Shown here in pieces: positions 25,031-38,339 of a stretch of 64,000 bases of DNA (the stretch's first letter is position 1; each line of letters begins with the position of its first letter). The notes below the pieces were generated by a model, which ran no database searches, was not told where the DNA came from, and saw only the letters and a program-made list of their open reading frames with translations. The translations under genes were made by a program, and so were the position numbers. The stretch is from the NCBI GenBank assembly GCA_951406725.2, contig OX597815.1, positions 113,026,001-113,090,000 of the forward strand. Direction: 5' to 3'. Origin of the DNA: Octopus vulgaris (lineage: Eukaryota).

Positions 25031-27055
25031 TGAGGTGGAGGACGATCTGGTGTTAAGTGTAGTCGAACAAACAGAAAGTATTTTAGCTCGTCTTTTCTTT
25101 TCATCGCCCAACAAAAACGCGAAGGCGTTGACAAAGTGTGTCAAACCTCAATATATATATCCCTGAAGACTAAAAGATGAATATAAAATAAGTCATTAAG
25201 TCTAAAATGGAAGATAAGTCTAAGATAGGTGTAAGAATTATCTGATATATTTGACTACATAAGGCACAGTAGGGAGTGAAATCATGTTATGGCGCCTCCA
25301 CTTTTGCGCTAGGAGAATTATGTATGTTTTGAAAACTTATGCTTTAGCTAAGTTCTAGAACATTTCATTATTTATTTTGTGTGCTACATTAGACTGTTGG
25401 TGTTTTGTTTGTATTTAAATATTATTACAGCTTCCATTTTTATTCTTCTCATACTTTCTAGAATTCGGTGTAAAATTGGAGTACTGTGAACTGTTTATTA
25501 TGAACTCTTATTTCGTGTACTGTAACCTGTATAATAATAAATCCTTATAAATACCTGGTCAGAAATATGAACAAACAGGTAGAGACGTACAGACATACAT
25601 GGACAGACTGATAGTTGGATAGATAATTATCCCTTATGTGGGATACTCCAGTACCGCATTATAAATATTATCAACTGACTAAACGTGACTGATATTTCAC
25701 GTTCCTGAATCTCCAAATCAAAATATTCGCGTTCAAAGCGAACCCTAAAATTTTTAATGCTGTATTCTAGTATAGCCACAGTTCAGTTAATCAGATCAGC
25801 AAAAGAATATAGTGTTTGAGTTCGTACGTATATTTATGTATGTGCCCGCGCGCATGTGTGTGTGATGTTTTTTTTCTGTTACTTTATTCCTTCCGTCACT
25901 GAAACGTGGCTGAGTTGCTTAAGTATTATGTGCTTTGGCTATAAACTTAGCTGCGATCAGTATCAGGTTACAAATTTCTTCTCTTACAGTTGGCTCATCG
26001 GCTCTTATTGAGTCGGATCTATCAAGAACTTCATTATGTGCGTATAAGAGAAAGTATGTATGCAACGGTGTGTTTATAAGCTGGCTTGTACGTGAGAGAG
26101 AATGTGAGCGCGAGGGCCTGTTTGTGTGAAACAATATATGAATGAATGTGAGTGTGAGTGAATTTGAAGAAAGCGTTAAAAAAAACATGCGTGAGTACAA
26201 GTAAATGTCATGATGTGAGTGTGTCTATGTAATCTGATAAGTTTAGCAGTTTCTCTGTGAGCATGTGTGCGTTTGACAGAATGAAAGTGTATTAAGATAC
26301 TGTGTATGTGTTTATATAACTGAGCATATGTAAATGTGTATGTGTTAGAACGGGTAGGTTTTCTTTTGTAACTAAATAGTAAGAACCCGTAATTTCTTGA
26401 GATACAAATTGAAATTTGAGATTTTTGTGCTATTCTCGAGAAAGTTAACAAAAGCATAAGTGAACTGATATCAACAAAAACAAAACCGGATGCTGTTTTG
26501 ACAAACCGCTCAATATAATCAATTTCCGTTTCATTTTATCTCATTAAATACACCGTTTCATACAGGATAGAAGGTGTGATGTTCGTGCTTTTCTACAAGA
26601 CATTAACGATGTAAAGGAAGAGAATTAGCTTCAGCTCGGAATTGGTCCTGACTACAGAGAAACTTACCTATATACCTCTTCTTATACAATGAATATTATT
26701 CATAGAGTATGTACTGACATCCTTGCGTTTCCAGTGAGAAGTAACGCCATAAGTAAAACGGAAAAAATTACAACCGGGATTTGAAACAACATTGCAGTTC
26801 CTAAGTCTCAAACAATTTGCTACATTTTCTACGAAATCCTGGGTTTCAAAGATAAGTATTGGTGATAATATTTCTATGAGAGACAGCACAGTTCCAGTGG
26901 TTGTTTACTTTCGATCAGATATGATAATAGACGATTTAAAGAGCAAATCTCTAATTTCAGAATGTTGAAGTGAGAGATAGAAAGTGACTGACAGACACAC
27001 ATACGCTCATACGCGCACAGACAGTCAGATATACAATACACACACCTACGTGAAA

Positions 27056-27119
<64 letters not shown>

Positions 27120-27287
27120 ATAGACAGATACAGAGAGAGAGATTAGACAGATTGACATATATACGTATGTGTGTTCGTGCAGACATAGAAATACATAGAA
27201 ATACAAACAAATGTATATACATAAATTTTCATATATAAAGATATGTGTATGTATGCATATACATACATAGATACATACATATATATG

Positions 27288-27405
<118 letters not shown>

Positions 27406-28009
27406 AAACCTATACATGTATCAGTATATATTTATATGCAAGTAAACATTCATATGTACATATAGACGTAGATATATACATATACGTATCTATATCTATA
27501 TATGTGTGGGTATGTATGCATGTATGTATGTATATATGTATGTTTGTATGTATGTATGTGTGTATGTGTGTATGTATGTTTGTATGTATCTATAAACTTA
27601 TAAGTATATGTGCTTATCGTTCAATATATCGAATTGCTAGATGTAAGTATACTTTGTTTCTTTATGTTCAAGGAAAAATAGAAGTGGAGCGTTGAATGGC
27701 ATTCTAATTTACTAACGACGCTTTCACAGATAATCAATTGTGCACTTTTCTTGTCGAGGTTAAACTTAACCTTAACGATAGCCTATTGTTCAAAAGAGTC
27801 AAATTATGTTTATTCTCCGGCTCAAATTTGATAGTTGCAAGTAATAGAAATTTATAGGGCTGAAGTGTGTAACATATATACGTGCATGCATATATATAAA
27901 CAGATAGATAGATAGATTGATTGATATGTTTCGAGTGTCCTGTCCGTGTTTGTTGTGTCGTCTTCTGGGAGTTGTGCGTTCTTGTCCATGTTGTATTTTT
28001 CTACATACC

Positions 28010-28118
<109 letters not shown>

Positions 28119-28153
28119 GTAGGTAGATAGATAGATAGATAGAGAAGGAGGAG

Positions 28154-28192
<39 letters not shown>

Positions 28193-28246
28193 AGAGATAT
28201 AGAGAGATAAAGAGAGAGAGAGATAGAGAGATAGATAGATAATAGT

Positions 28247-28310
<64 letters not shown>

Positions 28311-28316
28311 GTAGAG

Positions 28317-28373
<57 letters not shown>

Positions 28374-28471
28374 GATAGATAGATAGATAGACAGACAGAT
28401 AGATAAGTAGGTAGATAGATAAACAGATAGACAGATAGATATACATATATAAACAAACATATATACACAAC

Positions 28472-28524
<53 letters not shown>

Positions 28525-28576
28525 CTCTGTATTTATATAGACTTTGAAATATGCGTGTGTGTGTGTGTGTACATAA

Positions 28577-28614
<38 letters not shown>

Positions 28615-28616
28615 TA

Positions 28617-28677
28617 CTAGCTTAAGGTGACCCGCTCAACGCGCAGGTAAGAGTGTGGTATATATATAAATGTATAC

Positions 28678-28737
<60 letters not shown>

Positions 28738-29299
28738 TATATACACTTTGTATATATACATTATATATACATATTTACATATAGAACACACACACATATA
28801 TAAATTAACCCAATAAATATCTGATTCATAATATTTGTTCTCATGATTGTGTTGTGATTGTGGTGGCGATGATAATTCTCTCTATGAATGCAGACAGACG
28901 TAGAGAGAGTGTGAAAGCGCTGTCGAAGGCGAGGAGGAGGGAGATATAGGACGCTGTGAAACGACGTTATAAAGAGAAATTGAAGGGAAGGGAGATAGAC
29001 GCTGTGAAACGACGTTATATATATATAATATGAAAGGAAGGGAGGAAAGAGAGTGAGTGATGGAGGAAGGCAGATACGTAAAAGAATGAGAGTAGACTTG
29101 TCAAAGTGTGTTTTTGGACCTAGCAACGACACCTTTTGGAGATTTCTAACCTAGCCCACTCGCATCCTCACCTAATTTTACATGTCCCTGTAAATTTTGG
29201 AGTCAATCCGACGGGATCTAGTGCCCTTTAACCCGTTCCAATACCAAAACCAGAAAAACAAACAAACTTTTCGCATTTCAGAATTATAATATAGAGAAG

Positions 29300-29300
<1 letters not shown>
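28617..29300 (-). mobile_element. Non-autonomous Helitron
   Basis: Minus strand starts A|TCTTCTCTATATTATAA and ends with hairpin ACCTGCGCG-TT-GAGCGGGT followed by CTAG|T. Inserted between (TA)n tracts; internal duplicated GACGCTGTGAAACGACGTTATA. Confidence 0.7.
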
Positions 29301-29361
<61 letters not shown>

Positions 29362-29366
<5 letters not shown>

Positions 29367-29763
29367 TGAATGGAAGAAATGGAGTTGAACGAAGATTGTA
29401 CAGAATTCCTTTTATTACATTCTACACATGTTTCAAAGGCCACAATTTTTCCAAATTCTGATTAAAAAAGATACCATATTGCAGCTTTCTCTTCAGGAAA
29501 AAGCAGGAATTACGTTGACAGAACAAAACAAAACAGAGGCGCAGCAAAGCAATTCGAAAGTCCTCGTTCGAATTGCTTTGCTGCGCCTCTGTTTTGTTTT
29601 GTTCTGTCAACGTAATTCCAGCTTTTTCCTGAAGAGAAAGCTGCAATATGGTATCCTTTTTTAATCAGAATTTGGAAAATTGTGGCCTTTGAAACATGTG
29701 TAGAATGTAATAAAAGGAATTCTGTACAATCTTCGTTCAACTCCATTTCTTCCATTCACTAAT
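29362..29763. repeat. Near-perfect 402-bp palindrome (197-bp arms, 8-nt loop), each arm with a hammerhead-like motif
   Basis: 29362-29558 vs 29567-29763 differ by two 1-nt indels and one substitution. The + strand right arm reads TTC-CTGAAGA (29629)-GAAAG CTGCAAT...ATTGTGG CCTTT-GAAAC (29691)-ATGT-GTA-GAA. Confidence 0.95.
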
Positions 29764-29920
29764 TATATTAAACTTCAATTATCCGCACCAACGCACGGTT
29801 GCAACACCAAATGGTCTTATCTCCAACCGTGTTTTTTTTCTGCTGTGATTTTTGCTACCCAGGTATCGGTTAAACTTTTGAATAATCTGTAACAAGAAAA
29901 TTCATCTTTCCATTTCAACA

Positions 29921-29992
<72 letters not shown>

Positions 29993-30016
29993 TTATTATA
30001 TATATAAAAATATATA

Positions 30017-30325
30017 CAGTGGCGGCCAAAATGTTCAGAACGGCATTGTTTTCGTCAGAAAAGTAGATATAATTTTTTATCAAAGTTGTTTTATATTCTA
30101 TAATTTTCACAGACAATTTTGGCCGCCATGGGTTTTGCAGTAAATCACTAAATCAACCATAACTTTTGTATTATCCTCTCAAATTATACCAAAATCTCAG
30201 ACAATAACAATTAATATTGTATTTATTGTCTGTGAAAATTATAGAATATAAAACTACTTTGATAAAAACTTATACTTACTTTTCTGACGAAAACAATGCC
30301 ATCCTGAACATTTTGGCCGCAACTG
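30017..30325. mobile_element. Tc1/mariner-type MITE with ~100-bp TIRs
   Basis: CAGTGGCGGCCAAAATGTTCAG...TTTCACAGACAAT is inverted at the right end; TA flanks. Confidence 0.85.
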
Positions 30326-30366
30326 TATATGCATAGATAGATAGATACGTAGATAGATAGATAGAT

Positions 30367-30459
<93 letters not shown>

Positions 30460-30476
30460 TTATGTGTATATGTATA

Positions 30477-30643
30477 CAGCCGTAGCAGTGTGGTAAGAAT
30501 TTTGCTCCCAGATCACATGGTTCCGGGTTCCGTCCCACTGTGTAGCACCTTAAGTAAATGTCTTCTACAATAGTGTCGGACCGACCAAAGCCTTGTAAGT
30601 GGATTTGGTAGACGCAAACTGAAAGAAGCTCATTGTATACATG

Positions 30644-30709
<66 letters not shown>

Positions 30710-30945
30710 TGAGTGTGTGTGTTCTTGTATCCATGTTTGTCCCACATACACACACACACACTGCTTGGCCACCACTGCCGATGTGTTTATGTCCCCGTAA
30801 CTTAGCGGTTCAACAAAATAAATTTACAGAACAAATACTAGTTTTTAAAAGTCCAGGAGTTGATACATGTAACTAAAAATTCTTCAAGGCGGTACCCCAG
30901 CATGGCCGCAGGCTAATGACTGAAACAAGTAAAAGGTAAAAGAAA
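30477..30945 (+). mobile_element. SINE family A
   Basis: Colinear with the 14153 copy; internal (TG)n. Confidence 0.85.
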
Positions 30946-30964
30946 AAATAAAAGATAAGCATGC

Positions 30965-31189
30965 ATACTCTTCTACTCTTATGCTTGTTTCAGTCATGTG
31001 ACTGTCGCCATACTGGAGCACCGCATTTAATTGAGCAAATCGACCCCAGGACTTATTCTTTGCAAGCCAAGTACTTATTCTATCGGTCTTTGTGCCGAAC
31101 CGCTAAGTTTCGGGGACATAAACACACCAGCATCGGTTGTCAAGCGATGTTGGGGGGACAAACGCAGACACACAAACATATACACACAC

Positions 31190-31272
<83 letters not shown>

Positions 31273-32250
31273 TATATACGACTGGCTTCTTCCAATTTCC
31301 GTCTACCAAATCAACTCACAAGGCTTTGATCTGCCCGAGGCTATAGTTGAAGACACTTGCCTAAGGTGCCACGCAATGGGACTAAACCCGGAACCATGTA
31401 GATGGTAAGCAAGCTACTTTTATTCATCAAATTGGCCATGAAAGCCGTACACGGATAAGTAGCTGCGGGTTGGACAAAGACATTAATGAGATGAGGATGA
31501 TAATGATGAACAAAAATGGGAGGGGCATCGGCGCCCGCCGACTGATAACCCCTCGAAATCACTGTTCTTTTATTCAGTTTTACTCAAAAAATCACAAAAA
31601 TTACAAAATTTTCCTTAATCTTCTTCATGTACATCCGAGCTCCCACATAAGTTCCCTGCCGCCTGCAGGAAATCCCGGAAAGAGTAAAACAAATTCTTCT
31701 TTTCCAAAGGTCACCATGACCTCAGAAAGTTCTTTTTGCGTTATGACCTCCGCAACCACCTGCGGAGCCAACTTGGACAGTCTATGCAGACCGAGTCATA
31801 ACGTTCTCGGTCGAGAAGACTGTCCAAGAATCTCTCAAAAGGCCCTCCCCTGTGATAGAGAATGACGGGTTCCACCTCTTCCTCACGGGGAGGGGCCTCA
31901 GCCTGCTCTGTGAGTGGCACAACTCCCACTGACGGAGTCTTTTCTGCCGGTGGCACACATCCCACCGGCAGATCATTGGGATCTGTCGGCGGCACATAAA
32001 CCTCCGCCCACCGTCTTCCTTTTTTTCTTTTCCTTTTATTTCTCTTCTTTGGAGTTGCGGGTGTCAGGGCCTCTATCGGCTTATCCGTGAGGTCCTCCTC
32101 TTCTCCCGCAACCTGTGTGTCTTTTGGTGAGCAACCATTGTTGCTTGCCTTTCTTTTCCTTTTGGAGGAGGCAACCGCTTCCACTATTTCCTCCGTCTCC
32201 CCCTCCAATAGGGGTAAGCAACCTACTTGCCACACAGCCACTCCTACGCC
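30965..32250 (-). mobile_element. SINE family A split by a 793-bp insertion (SINE parts 30965-31419 and 32213-32250)
   Basis: Head GGCGTAGGAGTGGCTGTGTGG lies at 32229-32250; the remainder of the element resumes at 31419. Confidence 0.88.
31420..32212 (-). mobile_element. 5'-truncated retroelement (ORF1-like C-terminus + 3'UTR) with 16-bp TSD
   Basis: TSD GGTAAGCAA(G/C)CTACTT at 31404-31419 and 32213-32228. Minus strand has an acidic/basic ORF (EEIVEAVASSKRKRK...TPKKRNKRKRKKGRR...VILYHRGG), one frameshift near 31780, a stop at 31625-31627, a ~200-nt 3'UTR, and ends in AATAA(A). Confidence 0.75.
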
Positions 32251-32638
32251 TATATATGTATATAAATTTAAGATCCAAGGAGCTAAGTGTATGAAGTTAG
32301 TAAGCTTCGAAAGGTCCGTAGAAGGAACAAGAAACAACTTTTTGGAACAACAGTAGTTTATTGACGTAAAAAATTGTAGGTTTTCCCATATCGAAGTTCG
32401 GTAAGCGAGAAAATGTTATTTTATAGTTCACGGTAAGCACTTAGGGTTGCTATGCATGCGAATAAAAATCCAAATTGAGGGAATGGCGTTGATAAAATCC
32501 AATCCACATGTTTGTTTGCTGTAATACTTGCTCACCAATGGGTACTCCACTTGCTGCTCATCAGGCCACAGATACCTTAATTAAATGAAGGATACATTGT
32601 CGTCAACGCATGTTAAGTTAACTCGCTGGAGATGTGAT

Positions 32639-32692
<54 letters not shown>

Positions 32693-33164
32693 CATGTGTG
32701 AGTACAGTATGTACGTCTGGATGGTAGTCGTTCCTTTCACAGAGTCATAGGAACACCGTCATGACGTTTCAAGCCTGGCGCGGACAATCTTTCTCAAGGT
32801 TTAAATACAGTTGTTTTCTCGCGAAAAATGCACGGGAGTGGGTTATTGCAAAAGAATTTATTTCAATATTGAATTGATATTGACCTGGAAAAGATGAAGG
32901 TCAAAGATAACTTCGGAATAATTTGAACTCAGGTCACAAAGGAACGAAAAGAGTACAGTAATGCATTCCCTGCAACACTCTGACGACACACATTGTGCGT
33001 GTTTTTGTGTGTGTATTTGTGTGTGTGTGTCCTTGTGAGTGTGTATGTGTGCGTGATTGAGTGTGTATGTGCGCGTGCATGTGTGTGTGTGTTTACTCAA
33101 AAGGGAAGATAACAGAGTCTTTTCCATTTTATCAATTATATAAAGACAATAGATAGGTAGATAT

Positions 33165-33260
<96 letters not shown>

Positions 33261-33577
33261 ATGGATGGATAGATAGATAATGGAACTTGTTTCTAAACAG
33301 AGGTCTTGGAAAAGTTGTGATTGGTGACCTGGAAATAATCGAATGAGGAAAATATAATAATATATGGAAGAAACGGCAAATAAATCTGACAGGCTCCTTG
33401 TCTGTATCTATATTTTGATTTGATGTTTAAATAATTTTTTCCGTGTCAAAGAAATGTATTATGGAACATAAAACTCATAGCATTTTGTGACATACTGACA
33501 AGAGGAATTATGAAATGGTGTATTGTTGCGTTTTATTATACAATGTGTATGTGTGTGTGTCTGTGTGTGTATGTGTG

Positions 33578-33645
<68 letters not shown>

Positions 33646-33665
33646 TGTATGAGTGTGCGTGTGTA

Positions 33666-33941
33666 CACATATATGTTAGCATGCGTGCATACCTATATAG
33701 ATAACTTCTGTTTACCGTAAAAAGTACTTTTCCCAGGCGTTCTCTGATCCATATATCCAGAAAACAACCGCAGACTATGATTTGTGGGTGGGGGGATAGA
33801 TGTATGAATGTGTGATTGTATGTATACACATATATATTAGCATGCGTGCATACCTACACAGATAATCCTGTTTTCCGTAAAAAATACCTTTCCCGGGCGT
33901 TTGCTGATTCATACATCAAAGAAACAACGGTAGACTATAAT
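33666..33941. repeat. Diverged direct duplication (~115-bp unit, 161-bp period)
   Basis: cacatatatRttagcatgcgtgcatacc...ccgtaaaaa...gcgtt...acaac.gYagactatRat at 33666 and 33827. Confidence 0.8.
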
Positions 33942-34056
33942 CTATAATGTGTGTGTATATGTGTATGTATTTCCATTTATGTTATAATAAAAACAATTTT
34001 ACATTAAAATGAAGAATTGCTTAATACTTTTGGTAGAGTATAAATTTATTATTCTT

Positions 34057-34155
34057 TAACATAAGAATGCTGACAGTGACTTCGAAATTTCGGCTAGTTC
34101 GACAATGGCTTAGCTGGCCGAAACTTCGCAGTCACAATTAATACTATTCTTGTTA
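34057..34155. repeat. Short imperfect palindrome abutting (TA)n
   Basis: GTGACTTCGAAATTTCGGCTAG (34076-34097) pairs with CTGGCCGAAACTTCGCAGTCAC (34114-34135); outer TAACA..AGAAT/ATTCT.TGTTA. Confidence 0.7.
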
Positions 34156-34156
34156 A

Positions 34157-34187
<31 letters not shown>

Positions 34188-35001
34188 TATTTAAAAGAGA
34201 AAAAAAATTCTAAAAAGCGAAAAAAACATTTTTTGCGACGTATAGACTGCATTTTGAAGTGCTCAAAGTATTCGAACTTGAGGCGTAAGATGAATATAGG
34301 GTTTATTCAACTTTTATGCATTTTGATGATTCTGGGTAGCGTTGTGAACCAGCTTCCACACCCATCGAAACTTATTCTAAATACGTAAACCATACTCAAC
34401 TCCTCTAACCTTCTACCTATTGACCCATCTGTAACTTCATTTTACCATCCATGCATTGTTTATCTTCTTCTCGCTACTCTTTCTAAAACACTTCTACTCC
34501 CTGCCCTCGTGTATATGGCTCTCTATAAGATCATTCCGTAATTGACTCTCATTATGAAAACGCAGTAAATGTAAATCTCTCTAATACTTTACTTTTCCCT
34601 AAAGAAGGAGGCGGTGTCCAATAATGAATATAATATAATTTGACTGGATAACTGGACTCCCAGAAACGGCCGTCAGATTATTAATACTCAAGCCTTTTAT
34701 ATTTTACATTTTTCTGGACTCTTAACTTTCTCTCTAGTTCTTTGGTATATTTTTTTATTCTGTAAGTCGACTTATATATGTATTTATATTTCCGATATAT
34801 TTTTAGTGTATTTATATTTTTTAATGTATAGATAAATCTATATATTTTTATTATATTTATATTTCTATATACTTTTAATATGTTTGATATATTAAATATA
34901 TCTTTTAAAATTTATGCATATTGAGTCTGTGGTTGAATATATGTATTATATGTGAATTGATTTGCCTAATTTGATTCTCATTTCTCTCTCTCTCTCTCTT
35001 C

Positions 35002-35125
<124 letters not shown>

Positions 35126-35152
35126 TATGGTGTGTGTGTGTGGTGTGGTGTG

Positions 35153-35187
<35 letters not shown>

Positions 35188-38100
35188 GGTATGGTGTGTG
35201 TGTGTGGTGTGCGCGTATCATTCACTAGTGTTTAACACAAGTGAACATAAAATGTATGTATTTTTATACAAATACAAAACTTCAACTAAATTAGTCTGAA
35301 GATTTGTGGTTCGTGTCTCATAATGGTCAAAACACGTGTATCCTAAATAGTTTAATCTACCAATCTAAAATAGGATAGGATGACTTGGCAAAACTCCTTA
35401 TCTTTTCTACCCGCTAACAATCATTGTAGGATGTTTAATTCCTACAATGCAAGCTATTGAAGCTTGCTTCTTAATTATACAAGGCTTTCTCGATGCAGTA
35501 CTTAACCATGCTGCCTATTTAAGTTTGAGTCAGAGAGAACAAAGTGCTGTAATTATTAATGCGGTGTAACACTGTATATTACAGGATACGAATTATCTCA
35601 CTTTCTGTTAGTTGAGGAACATTAACTGTGTTGCCTCTACCTAATACGACATCAATCGCATTACCAGTATCAGCCATGTTTTTCATTCCTCCAGTGATCG
35701 ATAAAATAAAGTACCAACGAAGTACTCGGATTGATTTAATCACAAACTACTCTCAGATTATTGGCATTGTATTAATGTCAAGAATTATAAGTGTTAGAAA
35801 ATGAGATTAGTGAATAGCTGAGGTGGTAGAGCGATGGACAAAATGCCTTCAAGCACTTGGTTGCCTCTCATTAGGTTATGAGTGCAAATAACACCCAAGT
35901 CGACTTTGTGTTTCACCCTTCTGAGTTTGGAAAAATAATACGCAATTTCTAGGATTTATAAGTCACCTGAATCCTCCCCCTAAAGTGATGTTCCATTTTA
36001 ATGATGTTAGAAATCCCCATTAGTACTTTCACTTCTAAATCCTTCAAACTTTCCTTTAGATGTAATTAGTGGCAATTAGTCTGTGTAAAACAGGGTTTGC
36101 TTCTTTTTCTATTTGAATATGAAACTACAAGTAAAATGCACGTCGGCCGTCTCAACAAAAACAAAGCCAACAAATTTTGGCAGCAAGTTTTCCCAACATT
36201 GCAGGAATCACTAATTGCCTGGATTCGACCTTAATTGGGCAATTATACGACATAAACTTAACGTTAAAACACCAGCATCTTACAAACCTTGATGACGCTT
36301 TAATAAATAGTTTTGCTGGAATGAGTTAGTTTAAAAAATGGCTTTAACAGAATTTATTGAACAAGGTCGTAGTCAGTCAAATGTATTACAGGCTATCGAA
36401 TAACCAGCCGTAAAGTCAGCTTATTCATAAGTTATCAACGTCACAATTGTATGTCTATGACCAAAATCTGAGTGACACCTAGCTGCTATAGGTAATATAA
36501 AATATGCGAATAAGTTGTATATTGTAGCATAAGAGAAATTCCTGTCGCTTTATAGTAGTGAGTTCTTGACAGGAAAAGTTACATTACTTTAAATAGACTA
36601 GTTTGCATTGTGCCTCGAGATAGAGCAGAGAATCTATCATTCGTGCGACAGAAATCGGAAATGACTGACTATCTCTTGCAAGAGACAGCTTATCGTTAAC
36701 CAGTTATATAGTCGTATAGCTAAATGCTGTGTGTTTAGATTCCCTTGCACCACATTTCTAGCTAATAATATCTATTAATTCTTTTTTAAGCCTGCTTGCC
36801 TTTGGCTATTTTCTGAGATTTAATAGCTTGTTTTATGATTTTCAACGATCTATAATTAGTGTATTTGTTCGAGTCACTTGAAAGGTTTTCTCGCTTTAGT
36901 AACTACAGCTAAATGTTATACATCGTAGGTTAATTGGCTAAAAACAAACTGAGGTTTATGGTAGAAATGTCATCATTACCCTTATTTATTTCATGGCATT
37001 CTTCGAACATTTAGAATTCTTTTCTTTTTACTTAATCCTTCATTTACTATTTTGCTAAAATTTTCTAATTAAAGTATCAGATGTTCCATAATTTTCCGTT
37101 ATATTTAGTAGTGTTGTATAGTGTTATAGTATATGTCATAGGATTATATAGTGTTTTGTCGTGTATTGTAACGACATATGTTATTACGTTGTATATAATA
37201 ATGTTGTATAATGTTCTAAGATCCTCTTTGGTCTGAGATTTCTGTACCCAGGAAGTTCTTCTCCGCGACGCAGGCTTGGGAAAGATTTTGGGAAGTAGAG
37301 ATTAACAGTCGCCCATCCATGGACGACTGTTAGTCTCTTCTTTCTACGACTTCGAAATTGCTCGGTGAATAGCCGCTACTTGAACGAGTTTTCTATTTCT
37401 GATTTTTATTGTATCAGTAGACGTTTTAAATAGAATCTACAAGCGGTTCGAGTTTTGTTTTCTGTTTTCCTCTTGTTTTTACTGTTGTCGTTGTTTTTAA
37501 TATTTCTATTCTTATTTTTATTATAATTTGTCTAGGTGCTTATCCTGTGTCCTTTGCCTTGCTTATTGCTGCCTCTTCCAGGTGGTTTCTTCTTTTATTC
37601 TTGGGGGTAGTAGCAACTTCTTTGCTGCTAGTTCTCTTTTCTCCGCCGTTGCTTTTGAGAATTGATGTTGGGGCCATTTAGGGTCTGTATGCTTTCTTGA
37701 CATCATGCTTAGGCACAGCATTGATTTCTTCGTTCTGATCTTTTACAGATTCTGGGTTGCTACATTCTTTGCTTGAGCTTGCTTCATATTCATGCTGCAT
37801 CAAGCTGACCAGCAAACATATGTATGACTTTTTAAGGGCATAAGAATCAATGAATTCGCTCATTTTTCTCTCTATTTGTGCCATTGTTCTATGGAAACCA
37901 TGGCACTCTAATGCCTTTGCAGTCAAATTATTGGATGGATCGCCTTCTGCCAATTTCCATGCCATTAAAATCAAATGTATTTTTCCATTTACCAGTTTCT
38001 CTTCGGCTTGAATATTTTTTTTTTAATTTCTCCTTCAGTAGTTTGGGCTTTGTTGACAGATTAATCAGACAGATCAATTTTTTTTTTAGCTCGAAAGGAA

Positions 38101-38339
38101 ACGAAAGTGAAGCGATGTAGGAAGAAAGCTGAATTGTTAAGATAACGAAATTGTCTAATTATTCTTAATTAGTTGCTTATAGTTTTCAAAGAGATTAACA
38201 ATGGAGTTAAAGAGTGGTTTGTAATGAGATTATAAAGTGAGGTCATAAAAAGAAATGAAAAAAAACAGACGAGATACATTTTGCTTATCTCATGTCTGTA
38301 CCTATAAGGAAAAGTTAAAATATGTCATTATGTCTTAGC

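Noticed and set aside
24760-25166. Poly-E/K/S/F ORFs
   Set aside because: Trinucleotide microsatellite read in several frames.
31741-32337. 198-aa ORF as a nested host gene
   Set aside because: Its N-terminal ~40 residues come from flank and SINE head across the TSD junction; the real coding part is 5'-truncated, frameshifted and bounded by a TSD.
32757-32803. Minus-strand TTGAGAA-AG...GAAAC-GTC, a possible second U3-A8 hammerhead
   Set aside because: Stem I cannot form and stem II is mismatched; too weak without a family consensus.
34315-34380. TTGATGA..TGGGT...ACCCATC-GAAAC motif
   Set aside because: U3-G8 mismatch and no convincing stem I or stem III.
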